Below are positions 27,432 through 39,218 of a DNA stretch of 64,000 nucleotides, in pieces. The translations under genes and the position numbers were made by a program. How positions within the stretch are numbered: position 1 is the first letter of the stretch; each line of letters starts with the position of its first letter. The DNA lies in assembly GCA_965116025.1 (NCBI GenBank), contig OZ220480.1, positions 480,001 through 544,000 of the forward strand, given 5' to 3'. Origin of the DNA: an uncultured candidatus Porisulfidus sp. (GTDB lineage Bacteria > Pseudomonadota > Gammaproteobacteria > Poriferisulfidales > Poriferisulfidaceae). The notes beneath the pieces are model-generated. The model did no database searches, was not told where the DNA came from, and saw nothing but the letters and a program-made list of their open reading frames with translations.

Positions 27432-27863
27432 TCAGGCTCCTTTCACGGGTCGCTCGGCCGCGACTGGAGATTGAGCTTCTCCGGCGGGATCGCCGTCAGC
27501 GGCCGGGGGCGAAAGCTCCGCTTCCCCCTCCTCGCCCGCGTCGAAGTCCTCGTCAAGATCCTCATCGTCGTCATGCTCCGCGAAATCTTCCAACTCTCTT
27601 TCCGCGGCCGTCTTGCGCAAGGCGTCCAGCTCCTCAGAATCCACATCCTCGTCCGGCTCCCGCAACGGCCGATCCAAGATATCGGGGGTCACCTTCCCCG
27701 CGGCGATTTCCCGCAAGGCGAGCACGGTGGGCTTATCGTTGTCCCACGGCAAAAGTTCGGAAGAGCCATGCCTGAGCATATGGGCGCGGTGAGCCGCCAC
27801 CAAGACCAGATCGAAGCGGTTATCGATCCTCTCCAAGCAATCCTCAACGGTGATACGGGCCAT
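27432..27863 (-). CDS. rpoZ: RNA polymerase omega subunit with acidic C-terminal tail
   Basis: '[24 protein letters not shown]', '[13 protein letters not shown]'. Confidence 0.95.
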   Translation of the reverse strand: MARITVEDCLERIDNRFDLVLVAAHRAHMLRHGSSELLPWDNDKPTVLALREIAAGKVTPDILDRPLREPDEDVDSEELDALRKTAAERELEDFAEHDDDEDLDEDFDAGEEGEAELSPPAADGDPAGEAQSPVAAERPVKGA

Positions 27864-27895
27864 TCTTGATCAAGCGGAAACGTCCGGGAGCGGGA

Positions 27896-27925
27896 ATTAT
27901 ACCCCGACGCCGTCTCCGGCTTCAA
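27896..27925 (-). promoter_or_regulatory. Sigma70 promoter for rpoZ-spoT
   Basis: Minus strand TTGAAG-N18-TATAAT ending 32 nt before the rpoZ ATG. Confidence 0.55.
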
Positions 27926-28077
27926 GCCCGCGGGCGCCTCGATCCCGAAGGGTGGAACGGTCTCGACAAGAAACGAGCGCGCGGCACCGGCGCTCGCGGA
28001 CTGGACCCGGCCATCTTTCCCAAAGACGTTCCGCATCGATCTCGTCTCGGCGAGAGGGGATCGCGATCAAGGCCTGA

Positions 28078-28985
28078 TCAGAAGCGAACCTTCAGCAGGA
28101 CGCCCACGCCGTAGTCATGATTGTCGCCGCCCGACGCCGCGTAGTGCGCCTCCCCCGAGAGCGTCGACTCTCCCTTCGCGTCCAGCGTCATCACGCCCCC
28201 AACGCCAACCCGCGCCCACGTGGACTCCGCCTCCGACTCCAGCCGCGACCCCGACGCCATCACGGCGCGATCCTCCGAAAACTCATGCTCCACCTCCAAA
28301 GACGCGTACGTCGGCCCGTTCTCCAATAACGCCCCGATCCGCGCCTTGAGACTGTCCTCCGAGCTGAACTCCACCCGACCGCTCCCGGGCACCCCCGACA
28401 CATCGGCGAAATCGTCTATGTCCACCGACGACCAGGTCAGCCCCCCGCGCGGGATCAGCACCATGCCGTCCATCTCCATCCGCTTGCCAACCTCCACGCC
28501 GATCGCGTGGCCGTCTCCGTCCAACCCGGACTTCACCATCCCCCGAGCGTCCGAACTCAGGTCGATGTCCTCGAAACGCGTGTACGAGAGCTCCCCGTCC
28601 GCGTACCAGCCGTCCTCCCCCCGCCAGGTCGCCGAAAAGCCGACGCCCATGCCCGACGCGTCGATCTTCCCGCCGCGCTCGACGTCCGCCTCGCCATCCC
28701 GGTAGTGCGCGCTCACCCCCAGCGTCAGCCCCGGCGCGTCCGTAGGAACGATGAAGCCCGTCTCCACGCCCCAGCGCTCGAAGTCCCAAGACAGCGCGTG
28801 GCCCGCGGAGTCCATGGATGTCGTCGACGCGTCCGCCTCGCGCTCGCCGTCGCTCGCCACGATCCGCGCCCAAACGCCCTCGCCGTCTCGCGTCGCCACC
28901 AGCCGCGCCGCGCGCCCGCCCGAACCGATCAGATCAAGCAGCACCGACGGCAGCGCCTCGTACACCCGCGCCCGGTCGTGGTACA
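28078..28985 (-). repeat. Paralogous autotransporter linker/barrel region, copy 1 (see 62364-63270)
   Basis: Manual alignment gives ~44 differences over ~300 aa relative to the second autotransporter. Confidence 0.9.
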
Positions 28986-30708
28986 TCCTCCCCGATTCCT
29001 CGAACCGATGCCCGCCCTCAATCGCTTTCAGTGTGACCTTGGACACGTCGTACACGCCACGAGCGTCTCCCGCGACGATCGCGTATTCCTCCCCCAATTC
29101 CACGCCCTCGAAGGTCGTCGTTCCACTGTTGAGGATCTTCCCCATGATATGGCCAACGCGCCCGTCCGCGTCCTTGTTCAGAGTGATGGTCAGGGCGCCA
29201 TCCGCCGTCACCGCCACTCCAGATGCCGCGCCAATCTCCGCCTTCGGGCCGACGACGAGCTTTCCGCCCATGACCATCCGAACGCCAGCATGCTCTCCGC
29301 CACCGCCCGTCACCTTGCCATTGATGGTGACCGTCCGCCCGCTACCGCCCTGGACCCGCACGCCGTTCATCTTGGCCTTGACCATCGCCTTCTCGCCCAC
29401 CGTGACGGCGACCGCGCCCTTGCCTTTGTTATCGGCGTGAACGCCGTCGCCGCCCGAGGTGATCGAACCGCCGATCACCTCGACGGAGATCGGCACGGTC
29501 GCTTCCGTTCCCCGCGCGAGGGCCGCGACGCCATGGCCAGAGCCGGCGGCGCTGATCTCGCCAGCGGACTTCACGGTGATGGAGCCGGTGTCGGTCTTGT
29601 CCCCGGACAACGCCTGATCGCCATAGTGCTCGGCGAAGACGCCGTGGCTGCTCTCATCGTCGTCCCCACCCATGTTTCGGGTGACGATCATGCTTCCAGC
29701 TCCGATATCGACCAGAACCGCCGCCTCGCTCTCGTCCTTTTCCTCATCGCCGGCCGACGCGTGAACGCCGTCCTCGTTGTCGCTCTCGATTCTCGCGGAG
29801 CCGGAGACGCGCGCCGTGGATGATCCGGTGCCCTTGTTGGTGGCCCGGACTCCGTCATCCCTGCCGTGGACGATGCCGCCGGTGACCGTTACGGTCGCGG
29901 GAATGGCGGCCTTATCCACCTGCGCCAGAATGCCGTGCTTCACCATGCTGCGAACCGTTCCGCTAGAGGTGATCTCGACGCTACCCTCGTCTTCGGCTGC
30001 GGTGGGGCTATACCAAGCGTAGATCGCCGCATGCCAGGCGGACGTCACGCTGCCCGAGTTGACGATCTTGACATCGCCTTTGGCCCGCATGCGGACGTGT
30101 ATCCCGGCGGGCTTTATCTCCGGGTTCAGCTTGTTCGTCTCCGGGTTGTAGCTGACGATGACTCCGGAATTCGTCACCATGACGTCGCCGTCGGAGCGAC
30201 GCTCGATCCTGATGCCGGTTTTTCTTACGTGGATCGAGCCAGCGTTGGAGACCGAGATATCGCCCGCTCCGCGAACGTCCAGATCGATTCCGTTGTTTCC
30301 CATGTAATCGTCGGGCGTGCCGATTTTCGTCCCGGCCTTGACGTCCGCCGTGACCGGAGTGGTTCCTCGGGTCGTGACGATCTTGATACCATCGGCATCG
30401 CCGTCGATGGCCGTCCCGCCGGACGGAGGAACGACCTTCAGCGCCAGACCGCTCCTGAGTCCCTCGTACGTGATGCCATTCGGGTAGGCGCCCTCGCTAC
30501 AGGTCACCATGGGCGGACTGCCCGTGGAGGGAACCGCGCCGCAGGTCGTCGCGGCGACGGGAGGAGGAGCCGCGATTAGGGCCGTCAGCCCGACTAAAGC
30601 GTAGATCGAAAAGCTCGGGCGCGACGCTCCCTCTTTTTGAAGGAGAGAGGCTGGCCCGCGCGGCCGCGCGGCGACCCCGGCATCATAGAGAACAGGCGAA
30701 ACTTTCAT
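28078..30708 (-). CDS. Type Va autotransporter (beta-helical passenger plus C-terminal barrel)
   Basis: Long signal peptide, G/V/T-rich repeats ('N.G.I', 'DGV.A'), ~300-aa barrel ending 'VLLKVRF'. Confidence 0.88.
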   Translation of the reverse strand: MKVSPVLYDAGVAARPRGPASLLQKEGASRPSFSIYALVGLTALIAAPPPVAATTCGAVPSTGSPPMVTCSEGAYPNGITYEGLRSGLALKVVPPSGGTAIDGDADGIKIVTTRGTTPVTADVKAGTKIGTPDDYMGNNGIDLDVRGAGDISVSNAGSIHVRKTGIRIERRSDGDVMVTNSGVIVSYNPETNKLNPEIKPAGIHVRMRAKGDVKIVNSGSVTSAWHAAIYAWYSPTAAEDEGSVEITSSGTVRSMVKHGILAQVDKAAIPATVTVTGGIVHGRDDGVRATNKGTGSSTARVSGSARIESDNEDGVHASAGDEEKDESEAAVLVDIGAGSMIVTRNMGGDDDESSHGVFAEHYGDQALSGDKTDTGSITVKSAGEISAAGSGHGVAALARGTEATVPISVEVIGGSITSGGDGVHADNKGKGAVAVTVGEKAMVKAKMNGVRVQGGSGRTVTINGKVTGGGGEHAGVRMVMGGKLVVGPKAEIGAASGVAVTADGALTITLNKDADGRVGHIMGKILNSGTTTFEGVELGEEYAIVAGDARGVYDVSKVTLKAIEGGHRFEESGRMYHDRARVYEALPSVLLDLIGSGGRAARLVATRDGEGVWARIVASDGEREADASTTSMDSAGHALSWDFERWGVETGFIVPTDAPGLTLGVSAHYRDGEADVERGGKIDASGMGVGFSATWRGEDGWYADGELSYTRFEDIDLSSDARGMVKSGLDGDGHAIGVEVGKRMEMDGMVLIPRGGLTWSSVDIDDFADVSGVPGSGRVEFSSEDSLKARIGALLENGPTYASLEVEHEFSEDRAVMASGSRLESEAESTWARVGVGGVMTLDAKGESTLSGEAHYAASGGDNHDYGVGVLLKVRF

Positions 30709-31111
30709 GGCTCTCCAGGTTCACGGATAACAGATGTTTCGATTGTAACAAAAGCGACGGCCGAATCTTTCCCTCATCGACTCCGATTTCCGATCTATAT
30801 TTTGGCTTATGCTAAAGTGATGAATCTTTGGAACCCTACGCGATTCAAGAAATATTCTTTACGGGATGGTACGCATGAATGCTTACGGTCGACACCGTGC
30901 CCGAACGCTCGCGGCGCGGAAGGCGTCTTTTGCCATGAGCATGCCGCAGTGAGGAAAATTCGCTGGGAAATACGCTTGCTAATCCAGAACGAATGGCACG
31001 GGCAAAAGTAATCGCCAATCGCGGAAAAGCATGATGCCTCCCGAAGCGGCTCTTCATCAGACCGAAATTAGCGCGAATGCGCTCGCCGGTCGCATGCCAA
31101 AAGAAGGAGAA

Positions 31112-32047
31112 ATGGGAAATGGCCAAAAGCCATTGAAGCTCCGCAAGGCTAAATTTCTCGCCGATCTGCGAAGTTCCGGGAAACTCGACTATAAACGATA
31201 TCTCGCCTCGCCTTTACGCTATGCTGGCGGGAAAAGCTTGGCGGTTGGCTTGGTTGTCGAACTGTTGCCAGACGACACGCATCGCGTCGCGTCACCTTTT
31301 ATTGGTGGAGGGTCGGTTGAGGTCGCGCTTTCCCGCGAACTGGATCTGCCGGTCGAGGCCTATGATGTTTTTGACGTTTTGTGCAACTATTGGCAAATTC
31401 AACTTTCCGCTCCGGGAGCGTTGGCTCACCGACTTCGAGTCTTTCAGCCAGATCGCCCGACATTCGCCCGTGTGAAAAAGAGGCTGGAAGAGCACTGGAA
31501 AAAGAAGCGGGAGCTGAGCCGCCATGACCTCGCGGCATATTACTATTTCAATTCAAACACCTCGTATGGGCCTCATTTTTTAGGCTGGCCGTCCGACGTG
31601 TATTTGTGTCAGGAGCGCTATGCCAAGATGGTCGACAAGGTGGAGGCGTTCAAGGCCGCGACACTGACCGTGAAGCAAGCGAGTTTCGAGGATTCAATAC
31701 CACGTCACGAAACTGATTTTCTCTATTGTGATCCACCCTATTATCTTGACGAGGGCAAAACTTTCGTTGGGATGTATCCCCACAGGAACTTTCCGATCCA
31801 CCATAATGGGTTTCGTCATGAGAGGTTGCGCGACCTTCTTCTGGCCCATAAAGGTGGCTTCGTCCTGTCATACAACGATTGCCCCATAATCAGAGACTGG
31901 TACTCCGATTGCCATATTGAGACACCGGAGTGGCAGTACACGTTTGGACAGGGCGACACGCGAATCGGCGAGAATCGGCGGGAGCGGAACGGCGGGTCTT
32001 ATGTGAAAAAATCGCACGAACTGCTGATATGGAGACATTCGGAATGA
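31112..32047 (+). CDS. Dam-like (D12 class, alpha group) N6-adenine DNA methyltransferase
   Basis: 'SPLRYAGGKS', 'PFIGGGSV', 'FLYCDPPY', 'FVLSYND', C-term 'ELLI'; start may be 31031/31094/31112; lower GC than flanks. Confidence 0.92.
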   Translation: MGNGQKPLKLRKAKFLADLRSSGKLDYKRYLASPLRYAGGKSLAVGLVVELLPDDTHRVASPFIGGGSVEVALSRELDLPVEAYDVFDVLCNYWQIQLSAPGALAHRLRVFQPDRPTFARVKKRLEEHWKKKRELSRHDLAAYYYFNSNTSYGPHFLGWPSDVYLCQERYAKMVDKVEAFKAATLTVKQASFEDSIPRHETDFLYCDPPYYLDEGKTFVGMYPHRNFPIHHNGFRHERLRDLLLAHKGGFVLSYNDCPIIRDWYSDCHIETPEWQYTFGQGDTRIGENRRERNGGSYVKKSHELLIWRHSE

Positions 32048-32835
32048 ACGCGAGTCGGGCTAGCAGCCCAGAAGCCGCGAAGAAATATCGGCAAGATGGA
32101 CATGACGACGCTTTGGCCTTCGCGCTCACGATAGGCCTGAGCCAAGACTATGAGCGAGACCGAAGAGCCAAAAAAGACGTGATCGATCCTTCTGGAGACG
32201 CGCATTCGGTCAAGTCTGGGCAGAAAAAGTGGCAGATCTTTCTCTACAAGAGAAAGCGCTTCCTAGAAGATAATGGATTTCAGGCGCTCAACGGCATCGG
32301 CTCGCTTTTGGTGCACTGCATCGATGCCTTCCCGCCTCGTTACAGCGACTATGAGGGCGACAAAGAGGCGGCGAAGCAACGACTTCAGGCACCAATGCGC
32401 GAGCTTAAGGACCGCTTCCAACGCAAGGCGTTGCTCCGAGCGTTTCTGCGCAAATCCATCTTCAACGGTGGTGAGGTCAACTATCTGACTATCCTTCATG
32501 ACGATATTTACCGTGTCTATTGGAGCGATGATGTGGTCAGAGAGATGGCGAGCGCGTTCGAGGTCGTGAATTCGACGGCGTTACGCGAAGGCGAGTTTGA
32601 CGATCAGAAAGTGTTATTCCGTTGGGATGGCAAGAACGTAGGTGAGCTTGAAATGCGAAATGACAGTCCAAGGCATTATGGTGAGGTCAGATTCAATATG
32701 CATAAGGAGCGATGCATGGCGGTGCTAGACGCGGCAGACTTGAAATCGAGAGACTGGTCGAGAAAAAACGTCCGACTCTATGGAAAGGCCATCCAGACCT
32801 TCGGCAGATGGGTGCCCGCGCATAGAAGCGTATAG
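32044..32835 (+). CDS. Putative type II restriction endonuclease (PD-(D/E)xK-like)
   Basis: ATGA overlap with the MTase stop; 'KKDVID...HSVKSG' resembles a degenerate D..(S/E)xK core; same atypical composition. Confidence 0.65.
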   Translation: MNASRASSPEAAKKYRQDGHDDALAFALTIGLSQDYERDRRAKKDVIDPSGDAHSVKSGQKKWQIFLYKRKRFLEDNGFQALNGIGSLLVHCIDAFPPRYSDYEGDKEAAKQRLQAPMRELKDRFQRKALLRAFLRKSIFNGGEVNYLTILHDDIYRVYWSDDVVREMASAFEVVNSTALREGEFDDQKVLFRWDGKNVGELEMRNDSPRHYGEVRFNMHKERCMAVLDAADLKSRDWSRKNVRLYGKAIQTFGRWVPAHRSV

Positions 32836-33023
32836 ACCAACCGAATCTATAGTTGCGAGTTGAAATCCTTCGGCATGGCCCGACTCTATGACGAATCTCC
32901 CAGAGCTTCACCACGTCTCGGATACGCTCCGGCATTTTGGCTTGCAGAGCGCGAGCGGCAACCGTCGGCTGGCCCCGTCTCCGTCATCTTGATTCCTTCA
33001 CTGTCCCAAAGCCTCTCGTAGAA

Positions 33024-34994
33024 ATGTCGCGCAGCAGATCTTCCGAACGGGCCGCCGCCCGCGGACCCCGCTCCTCCAAACCGATCCACGGGCACCTCAT
33101 CGCGCACCGCGACGGCTATGGCTTCGTGACCCCGGACAGCGGGGGGGAAGACATTTTTCTGCCTCAAGCGCAAATGCACACCGCGATGCATGGTGATTAC
33201 GTCTCGGTCTGGCCCGGACGGCCGGATCGGCGCGGGAAGATCAGTGGGATGTTTCACGAGATCCTGGAGCGCAGCCACGAGACCGTGATCGGGCGGTTCC
33301 AGGAATCTGACGGTCACGGGTCGCGCATCATCCCTGAGGATCCCAGGATTCGGCATGCCTTCGAGGCCGCGCCGCGCGCACGGGCGAAAGCCGGGGACCT
33401 GGTAGTGGCGGACATCACGGACTTTCCCCGGAAGGGACGGCCCGGCAAGGCCCGGGTCAGCCGCGTGATCGGCAACGCCGAGCAGAACACGGAGGTGGAT
33501 TTCGCCATCGCCTCGTTCAGCTTGCCGAACTCCTGGCCGCGTCAGGTCCGGAGAGAATTGCCTGGCCTGTCCGAGCTTGAGGACGAGATTCCACGGCGAG
33601 ACCTGATGGATCTGCCATTCGTGACCATCGACGGCGCGGACGCGAAAGACTTCGACGACGCCGTCTGCGCGCGCGCGAGCAAGTCGGGCTGGACCCTGTG
33701 GGTGGCGATCGCGGACGTCGCGCACTACGTTCGTCCGGGCGGCGCGCTGGACGCCGAGGCGCGCAAGCGCGGCACCTCAGTCTATTTCCCGAACCGGGTT
33801 ATCCCGATGCTGCCGCCAGAGCTGTCTGAGGATCTGTGCTCCCTGCGCCCGGACGTGGAGCGCAAGGCGCTGGTATGCGAGATGCGGCTAGATTCCCAAG
33901 GAACATCGCGATCGTCGCGGTTCTATCCGGCGCGGATCCGGTCACGGGCCCGGCTGACGTATTCGGTAGTGGACCAGGCGGTCTTTCAAAACCAGCCCGC
34001 CGCGCGGCGCCAGCTTGCGGACCGTTTGCCGGCGCTGGAGAGCCTGGTCGTCCTGTACCGGCTCCTTCACGCCAAGCGCGCGCGGCGCGGCGCGCTGGAC
34101 TTCGACAGCGTGGAGTGCCGCTTCAAGTTCGATGGGCGCGGGCGGGTCAAGGGCATCCACCCGGTCATCCGGCTGGAATCCCATCGGTTGATCGAGGAGT
34201 GCATGATCCTCGCCAATGTCGCGGCGGCCGACCATCTGCATCGGCACAAGCTGCACGGGCTGTACCGCGTCCACGACAAGCCCCAGCAAGAGAAGATCGA
34301 AACTTTGCGCGCCCTGGTGGCGGGCCTAGGCCTCGATTTCCCGCTTCGCGACCCCGTGACCCCGCTCGACTGCGCCTCCCTGCTTGAGCAAGCGCGGGGC
34401 GGCGAGCGGCAAGAGCTGGTCGAGCGCGCCCTGCTGCGAACCCAGAGCCTGTCCGTCTATTCCCCCGACAACATCGGGCACTTCGGCCTGGCCCTGGACC
34501 GCTACGCGCATTTCACCTCGCCGATCCGCCGCTACCCGGACCTCGCGGTGCATCGAGTGATCCGCCATACTTTGGAACGGGACGAGCGGACGAATCCCGC
34601 GCCATCTCATCGCGATATGACCGCGCTGGGCGAGCACTGCTCCATGACCGAGCGCCGCGCCGACGAGGCCGTGTGGGACGTCGAGGCGGCCTACAAGTGT
34701 CGTCTCGCGGAAAAGCATGTGGGCGAGCGTTTCCGCGGAACGATCACCACGGTCACGGAGTTCGGGATGTTCGTGGAGATGGACGGCCTTCACACGGAAG
34801 GCCTGCTCCATGTCCGAAAGATGGGCCGAGAATACTGTCGTTTCGAGGCGGACGCGCAACGGCTTCGGGGGGAGCGCAGCGGGCGGACCTGGCAAGCGGG
34901 CGACCGCATCGATGTCGTGATTCGGGAAGTCAGCCTGCGCGAGCGCAAGATTTCGCTGGAGTTCCCTCCCGGCCGCGGCCACGCGCGGGGATGA
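33024..34994 (+). CDS. rnr: Ribonuclease R
   Basis: 'HRDGYGFV', 'TIDGADAKDFDDA', 'IEECMILAN', 'HFTSPIRRYPDL', S1 domain. Confidence 0.95.
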   Translation: MSRSRSSERAAARGPRSSKPIHGHLIAHRDGYGFVTPDSGGEDIFLPQAQMHTAMHGDYVSVWPGRPDRRGKISGMFHEILERSHETVIGRFQESDGHGSRIIPEDPRIRHAFEAAPRARAKAGDLVVADITDFPRKGRPGKARVSRVIGNAEQNTEVDFAIASFSLPNSWPRQVRRELPGLSELEDEIPRRDLMDLPFVTIDGADAKDFDDAVCARASKSGWTLWVAIADVAHYVRPGGALDAEARKRGTSVYFPNRVIPMLPPELSEDLCSLRPDVERKALVCEMRLDSQGTSRSSRFYPARIRSRARLTYSVVDQAVFQNQPAARRQLADRLPALESLVVLYRLLHAKRARRGALDFDSVECRFKFDGRGRVKGIHPVIRLESHRLIEECMILANVAAADHLHRHKLHGLYRVHDKPQQEKIETLRALVAGLGLDFPLRDPVTPLDCASLLEQARGGERQELVERALLRTQSLSVYSPDNIGHFGLALDRYAHFTSPIRRYPDLAVHRVIRHTLERDERTNPAPSHRDMTALGEHCSMTERRADEAVWDVEAAYKCRLAEKHVGERFRGTITTVTEFGMFVEMDGLHTEGLLHVRKMGREYCRFEADAQRLRGERSGRTWQAGDRIDVVIREVSLRERKISLEFPPGRGHARG

Positions 34995-35740
34995 CCTCGC
35001 CAGATCTGATCTATGGGCGCCACGCCGTGCTGGCGGCGCTGAAGGCGCGCCCTGGCGACATCCGAGAGATTTGGATCCAAAACGGAGAGAGCGTCTCGCC
35101 GACCGATCCACTGGTGGTCCAGGCGCGGGAAGCGCGCGTTTCGATTCAGCGCGTCAACGCCGCCACGTTGCGCCGGCGCGTTGGAGACGCGGCGCACCAA
35201 GGCGTGGCCGCTCGGGCCCGGCCAGCCAGCCCGAAAGAGGATCTGGATGGCTTGCTGGAGAGGGATCTGGAGTTCGCGCGCCTTCTCGTGCTGGACGGGG
35301 TCACGGACCCGCGCAATCTAGGCGCCTGCCTGCGCGTCGCCGAGGCGGCGGGCGTTCGCGCCGTCATCGCGCCCGCCCGCCGGCAAGCTCGGCTGGCCAG
35401 CGGCGCTTTCAAGTCAGCCTCAGGCTCGGCTGAGCGAGTGCCTTTGCTGCGAGTTTCCAACTTGGCCCGGAGTTTAGAGCGAATCAAGCGAGCGGGGGTA
35501 TGGCTGTACGCGGCCGCGGCGGATTCCGGGACGGATCTCTGGCGGACGACGTTTCGTCTTCCTTGGGCCATGGTCGTGGGCGGCGAGGGGCGAGGCCTTC
35601 GCGCGCGAACGCGCGCGTTGTGCGATTTTTCCGTCAGCATTCCCATGCGAGGCGAGGTCGAGAGCCTCAATGTGGCTACCGCCTCCAGCGTGTTGCTGTT
35701 CGAGGCCGACCGTCAGTCCCGGGAAGGGAAAGAGCGATGA
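34991..35740 (+). CDS. rlmB: 23S rRNA (Gm2251) 2'-O-methyltransferase
   Basis: 'IYGRHAV', 'HQGV', 'LDGVTDPRNLGA', 'GGEGRG', 'ESLNVA'; follows rnr. Confidence 0.93.
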   Translation: MTSPDLIYGRHAVLAALKARPGDIREIWIQNGESVSPTDPLVVQAREARVSIQRVNAATLRRRVGDAAHQGVAARARPASPKEDLDGLLERDLEFARLLVLDGVTDPRNLGACLRVAEAAGVRAVIAPARRQARLASGAFKSASGSAERVPLLRVSNLARSLERIKRAGVWLYAAAADSGTDLWRTTFRLPWAMVVGGEGRGLRARTRALCDFSVSIPMRGEVESLNVATASSVLLFEADRQSREGKER

Positions 35741-37026
35741 AGGTTCTGGTCATCGGGGGCGGAGGCCGGGAGCATGCGCTGGCCTGGAAGCTCGCGCGGT
35801 CGAGGGACGCGGAGCGGGTGTTCGTGGCGCCAGGAAACGCGGGCACGGCGCGAGAGCCGGGAGTTCGAAACGTTCCGATCCCCGCCACGGAAACGGAAAG
35901 CTTGCTGGCGTTCGCGGAGTCGAAGGACATCGGCCTGACCGTGGTCGGGCCGGAAAGCCCGCTGGCGGCGGGACTGGTCGATCAGTTCGAGAAGGCGGGT
36001 CGCCGCGCGCTCGGGCCCCGCGCGGCCGCGGCCCGGCTGGAGAGTTCCAAGGGGTTCAGCAAAGACTTCATGGCGCGCCACGATATCCCCACGGCGCCCT
36101 ACGAGCGGTTCGTGGATTTCAAGGAAGCCCGGCGATTCCTGACCAAGCAAGCCTCCCCGATCGTCGTCAAGGCCGACGGCCTCGCGGCCGGAAAGGGGGT
36201 CGTGGTGGCGGCCACCCTCGCCGAGGCCGAGCGGGCCGCTTCGGCGATGCTGCGGGAAAACCGGTTCGAGAAGGCCGGACGGTCGATCGTGATCGAGAAA
36301 TATCTGGCGGGAGAGGAAGCCAGCTTCATCTGTCTGGTGGACGGCGAGAACGTGGTGAATCTAGCTACGTCGCGGGACCACAAGACGCGCGACGAGGGTG
36401 GCCGGGGTCCGAACACCGGCGGCATGGGCGCGTATTCGCCGGCCACGCCGCTGGTGACGCGGGCGACGGAGGAACGCGCGATGGAAGACATCATCCGACC
36501 CGCCATTCGGGGGCTGGCTTTGGAGGGAACGCCCTACCAAGGATTCCTGTACGCGGGGCTCATGCTGGATCCCGAGGAAGGCCCCAAGACGCTCGAGTTC
36601 AACTGTCGCTTGGGCGACCCCGAGACCCAACCGATCATGATGCGGCTGGATTCGGACTTGCTGGAACTCTGCATGGCCGCCATCGATGGACGCTTGGGCG
36701 AGCGCGCTCCACAGTGGGACTCGCGCCCGGCGCTGAGCGTGACGCTGGCCATCCGCGATTATCCGGGCGACTATCCCAAAGGCGTTCCCGTCTTCGGGCT
36801 GGACGAGGCGGAAGAGGATCCTGACGTGAAGGTCTTCCACGCCGGAACCGCTCTGGACGACGGGCAGGTCGTGACGAATGGCGGCAGGGTGTTTAGCGTC
36901 TGCGCGAAAGCGGACGCCTTGGCCTTGGCCCGAGCCAAGGCGTATCGGGCGGCGGAGAAGATCAGGTTTGAGGGAAAGTTCCTCCGGCGCGACATCGGAG
37001 CGATCAGCCCGGGAGAAGGCCGGTGA
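35737..37026 (+). CDS. purD: Phosphoribosylamine-glycine ligase
   Basis: 'MKVLVIGGGGREHALAW', 'KADGLAAGKGV', 'NTGGMGAYSP', 'EFNCRLGDPETQ'. Confidence 0.97.
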   Translation: MKVLVIGGGGREHALAWKLARSRDAERVFVAPGNAGTAREPGVRNVPIPATETESLLAFAESKDIGLTVVGPESPLAAGLVDQFEKAGRRALGPRAAAARLESSKGFSKDFMARHDIPTAPYERFVDFKEARRFLTKQASPIVVKADGLAAGKGVVVAATLAEAERAASAMLRENRFEKAGRSIVIEKYLAGEEASFICLVDGENVVNLATSRDHKTRDEGGRGPNTGGMGAYSPATPLVTRATEERAMEDIIRPAIRGLALEGTPYQGFLYAGLMLDPEEGPKTLEFNCRLGDPETQPIMMRLDSDLLELCMAAIDGRLGERAPQWDSRPALSVTLAIRDYPGDYPKGVPVFGLDEAEEDPDVKVFHAGTALDDGQVVTNGGRVFSVCAKADALALARAKAYRAAEKIRFEGKFLRRDIGAISPGEGR

Positions 37027-37033
37027 TCCCGAG

Positions 37034-38290
<1,257 letters not shown>

Positions 38291-38488
38291 GTTGGCGTGG
38301 GAAATAAGGATGTGGATGAGGGCGCTAGGGGTCGGAATGTCATGCGGCCTCCGCCGCATGGGGGCGGGAAATGCCGCGTTGCGGCGATCTTCCCGAAACG
38401 GTTATGGAATCGCGGGGCGGACGCCCGGCCTGGAAAGGCCGTCTAGTCTAGCATATCGGCGCGTTCCCGGACCCCGCCTAGGCGAGGG

Positions 38489-38815
38489 CTACAGATGCTC
38501 TTCGATGAACGCGGTCAACTGCGACTTGGACAGGGCGCCAACGCGCTGCCCCGCCATCTCCCCGTTCTTGAAGATGATCAGGGTCGGAATCCCGCGAATT
38601 CCGTATTTCGGCGGAGTCTGGGGATTGTCGTCCACGTTGAGCTTCGCGATCTTGACGCGCCCCTCGTACAGATCCGCGAGCTCCTCGAGCACCGGCGCGA
38701 CCATCCGGCAGGGGCCGCACCATTCCGCCCAGAAGTCCACCAGCACGGGGCCGTCTCCAGAGAGAACCACGGACCCGAAGTCGTCATCGCCGACCGGCGC
38801 GATATTGCTGCTCAA
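38489..38815 (-). CDS. trxA: Thioredoxin 1
   Basis: '[11 protein letters not shown]', 'YGIRGIPTL'; TTG start after a GAGGAG SD. Confidence 0.96.
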   Translation of the reverse strand: MSSNIAPVGDDDFGSVVLSGDGPVLVDFWAEWCGPCRMVAPVLEELADLYEGRVKIAKLNVDDNPQTPPKYGIRGIPTLIIFKNGEMAGQRVGALSKSQLTAFIEEHL

Positions 38816-38881
38816 TGAAATCTCCTCACTCCGCGGGGCATCCCGATGCGCGAACGTTCGGCCGAAACTGGCCAGTGCCAA

Positions 38882-38890
38882 ATTATAGCA
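38882..38890 (-). promoter_or_regulatory. Extended -10 promoter (TGnTATAAT) for trxA
   Basis: Minus strand reads TGCTATAAT ~66 nt upstream of the trxA start. Confidence 0.55.
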
Positions 38891-39182
38891 CCGAGGCCAA
38901 CGCGCGGGAATCTCGTCCGAGCGCATGCCTCGCGATCAAATTGGCGCGAAACGGCCGGTCACGCATGGACGCCCTCGCTTTCCAAATATCTCGCGCGGCT
39001 CGTTCGCGCCTGATCGCTTCAGCGCCCCACTCCCACGAACCGCTCGCATAGATCATCCACCCTTTCCGCTCGCTTGGTCGAGTCACGGCGCCCACAGAGC
39101 GACCGCGGATTAGCGGTCTCATCTCCCCGCCCGCGTCGGATGGCCCTAAACCCCGGGATACGTTCCCCGCCAACGCGAGGAT

Positions 39183-39218
39183 AGAGAACGGGCGGCCATC
39201 AAGCCGCCCGTTCTCTTT
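39183..39218. terminator. Perfect 14-bp hairpin, probable terminator downstream of the RTX gene
   Basis: AGAGAACGGGCGGC-CATCAA-GCCGCCCGTTCTCT; only a short T tract on the + strand. Confidence 0.5.

Noticed and set aside
32836-33023. tRNA gene or integration site upstream of rnr (also checked 13850-13970)
   Set aside because: No cloverleaf, T-loop (GTTCGA) or CCA end recognisable
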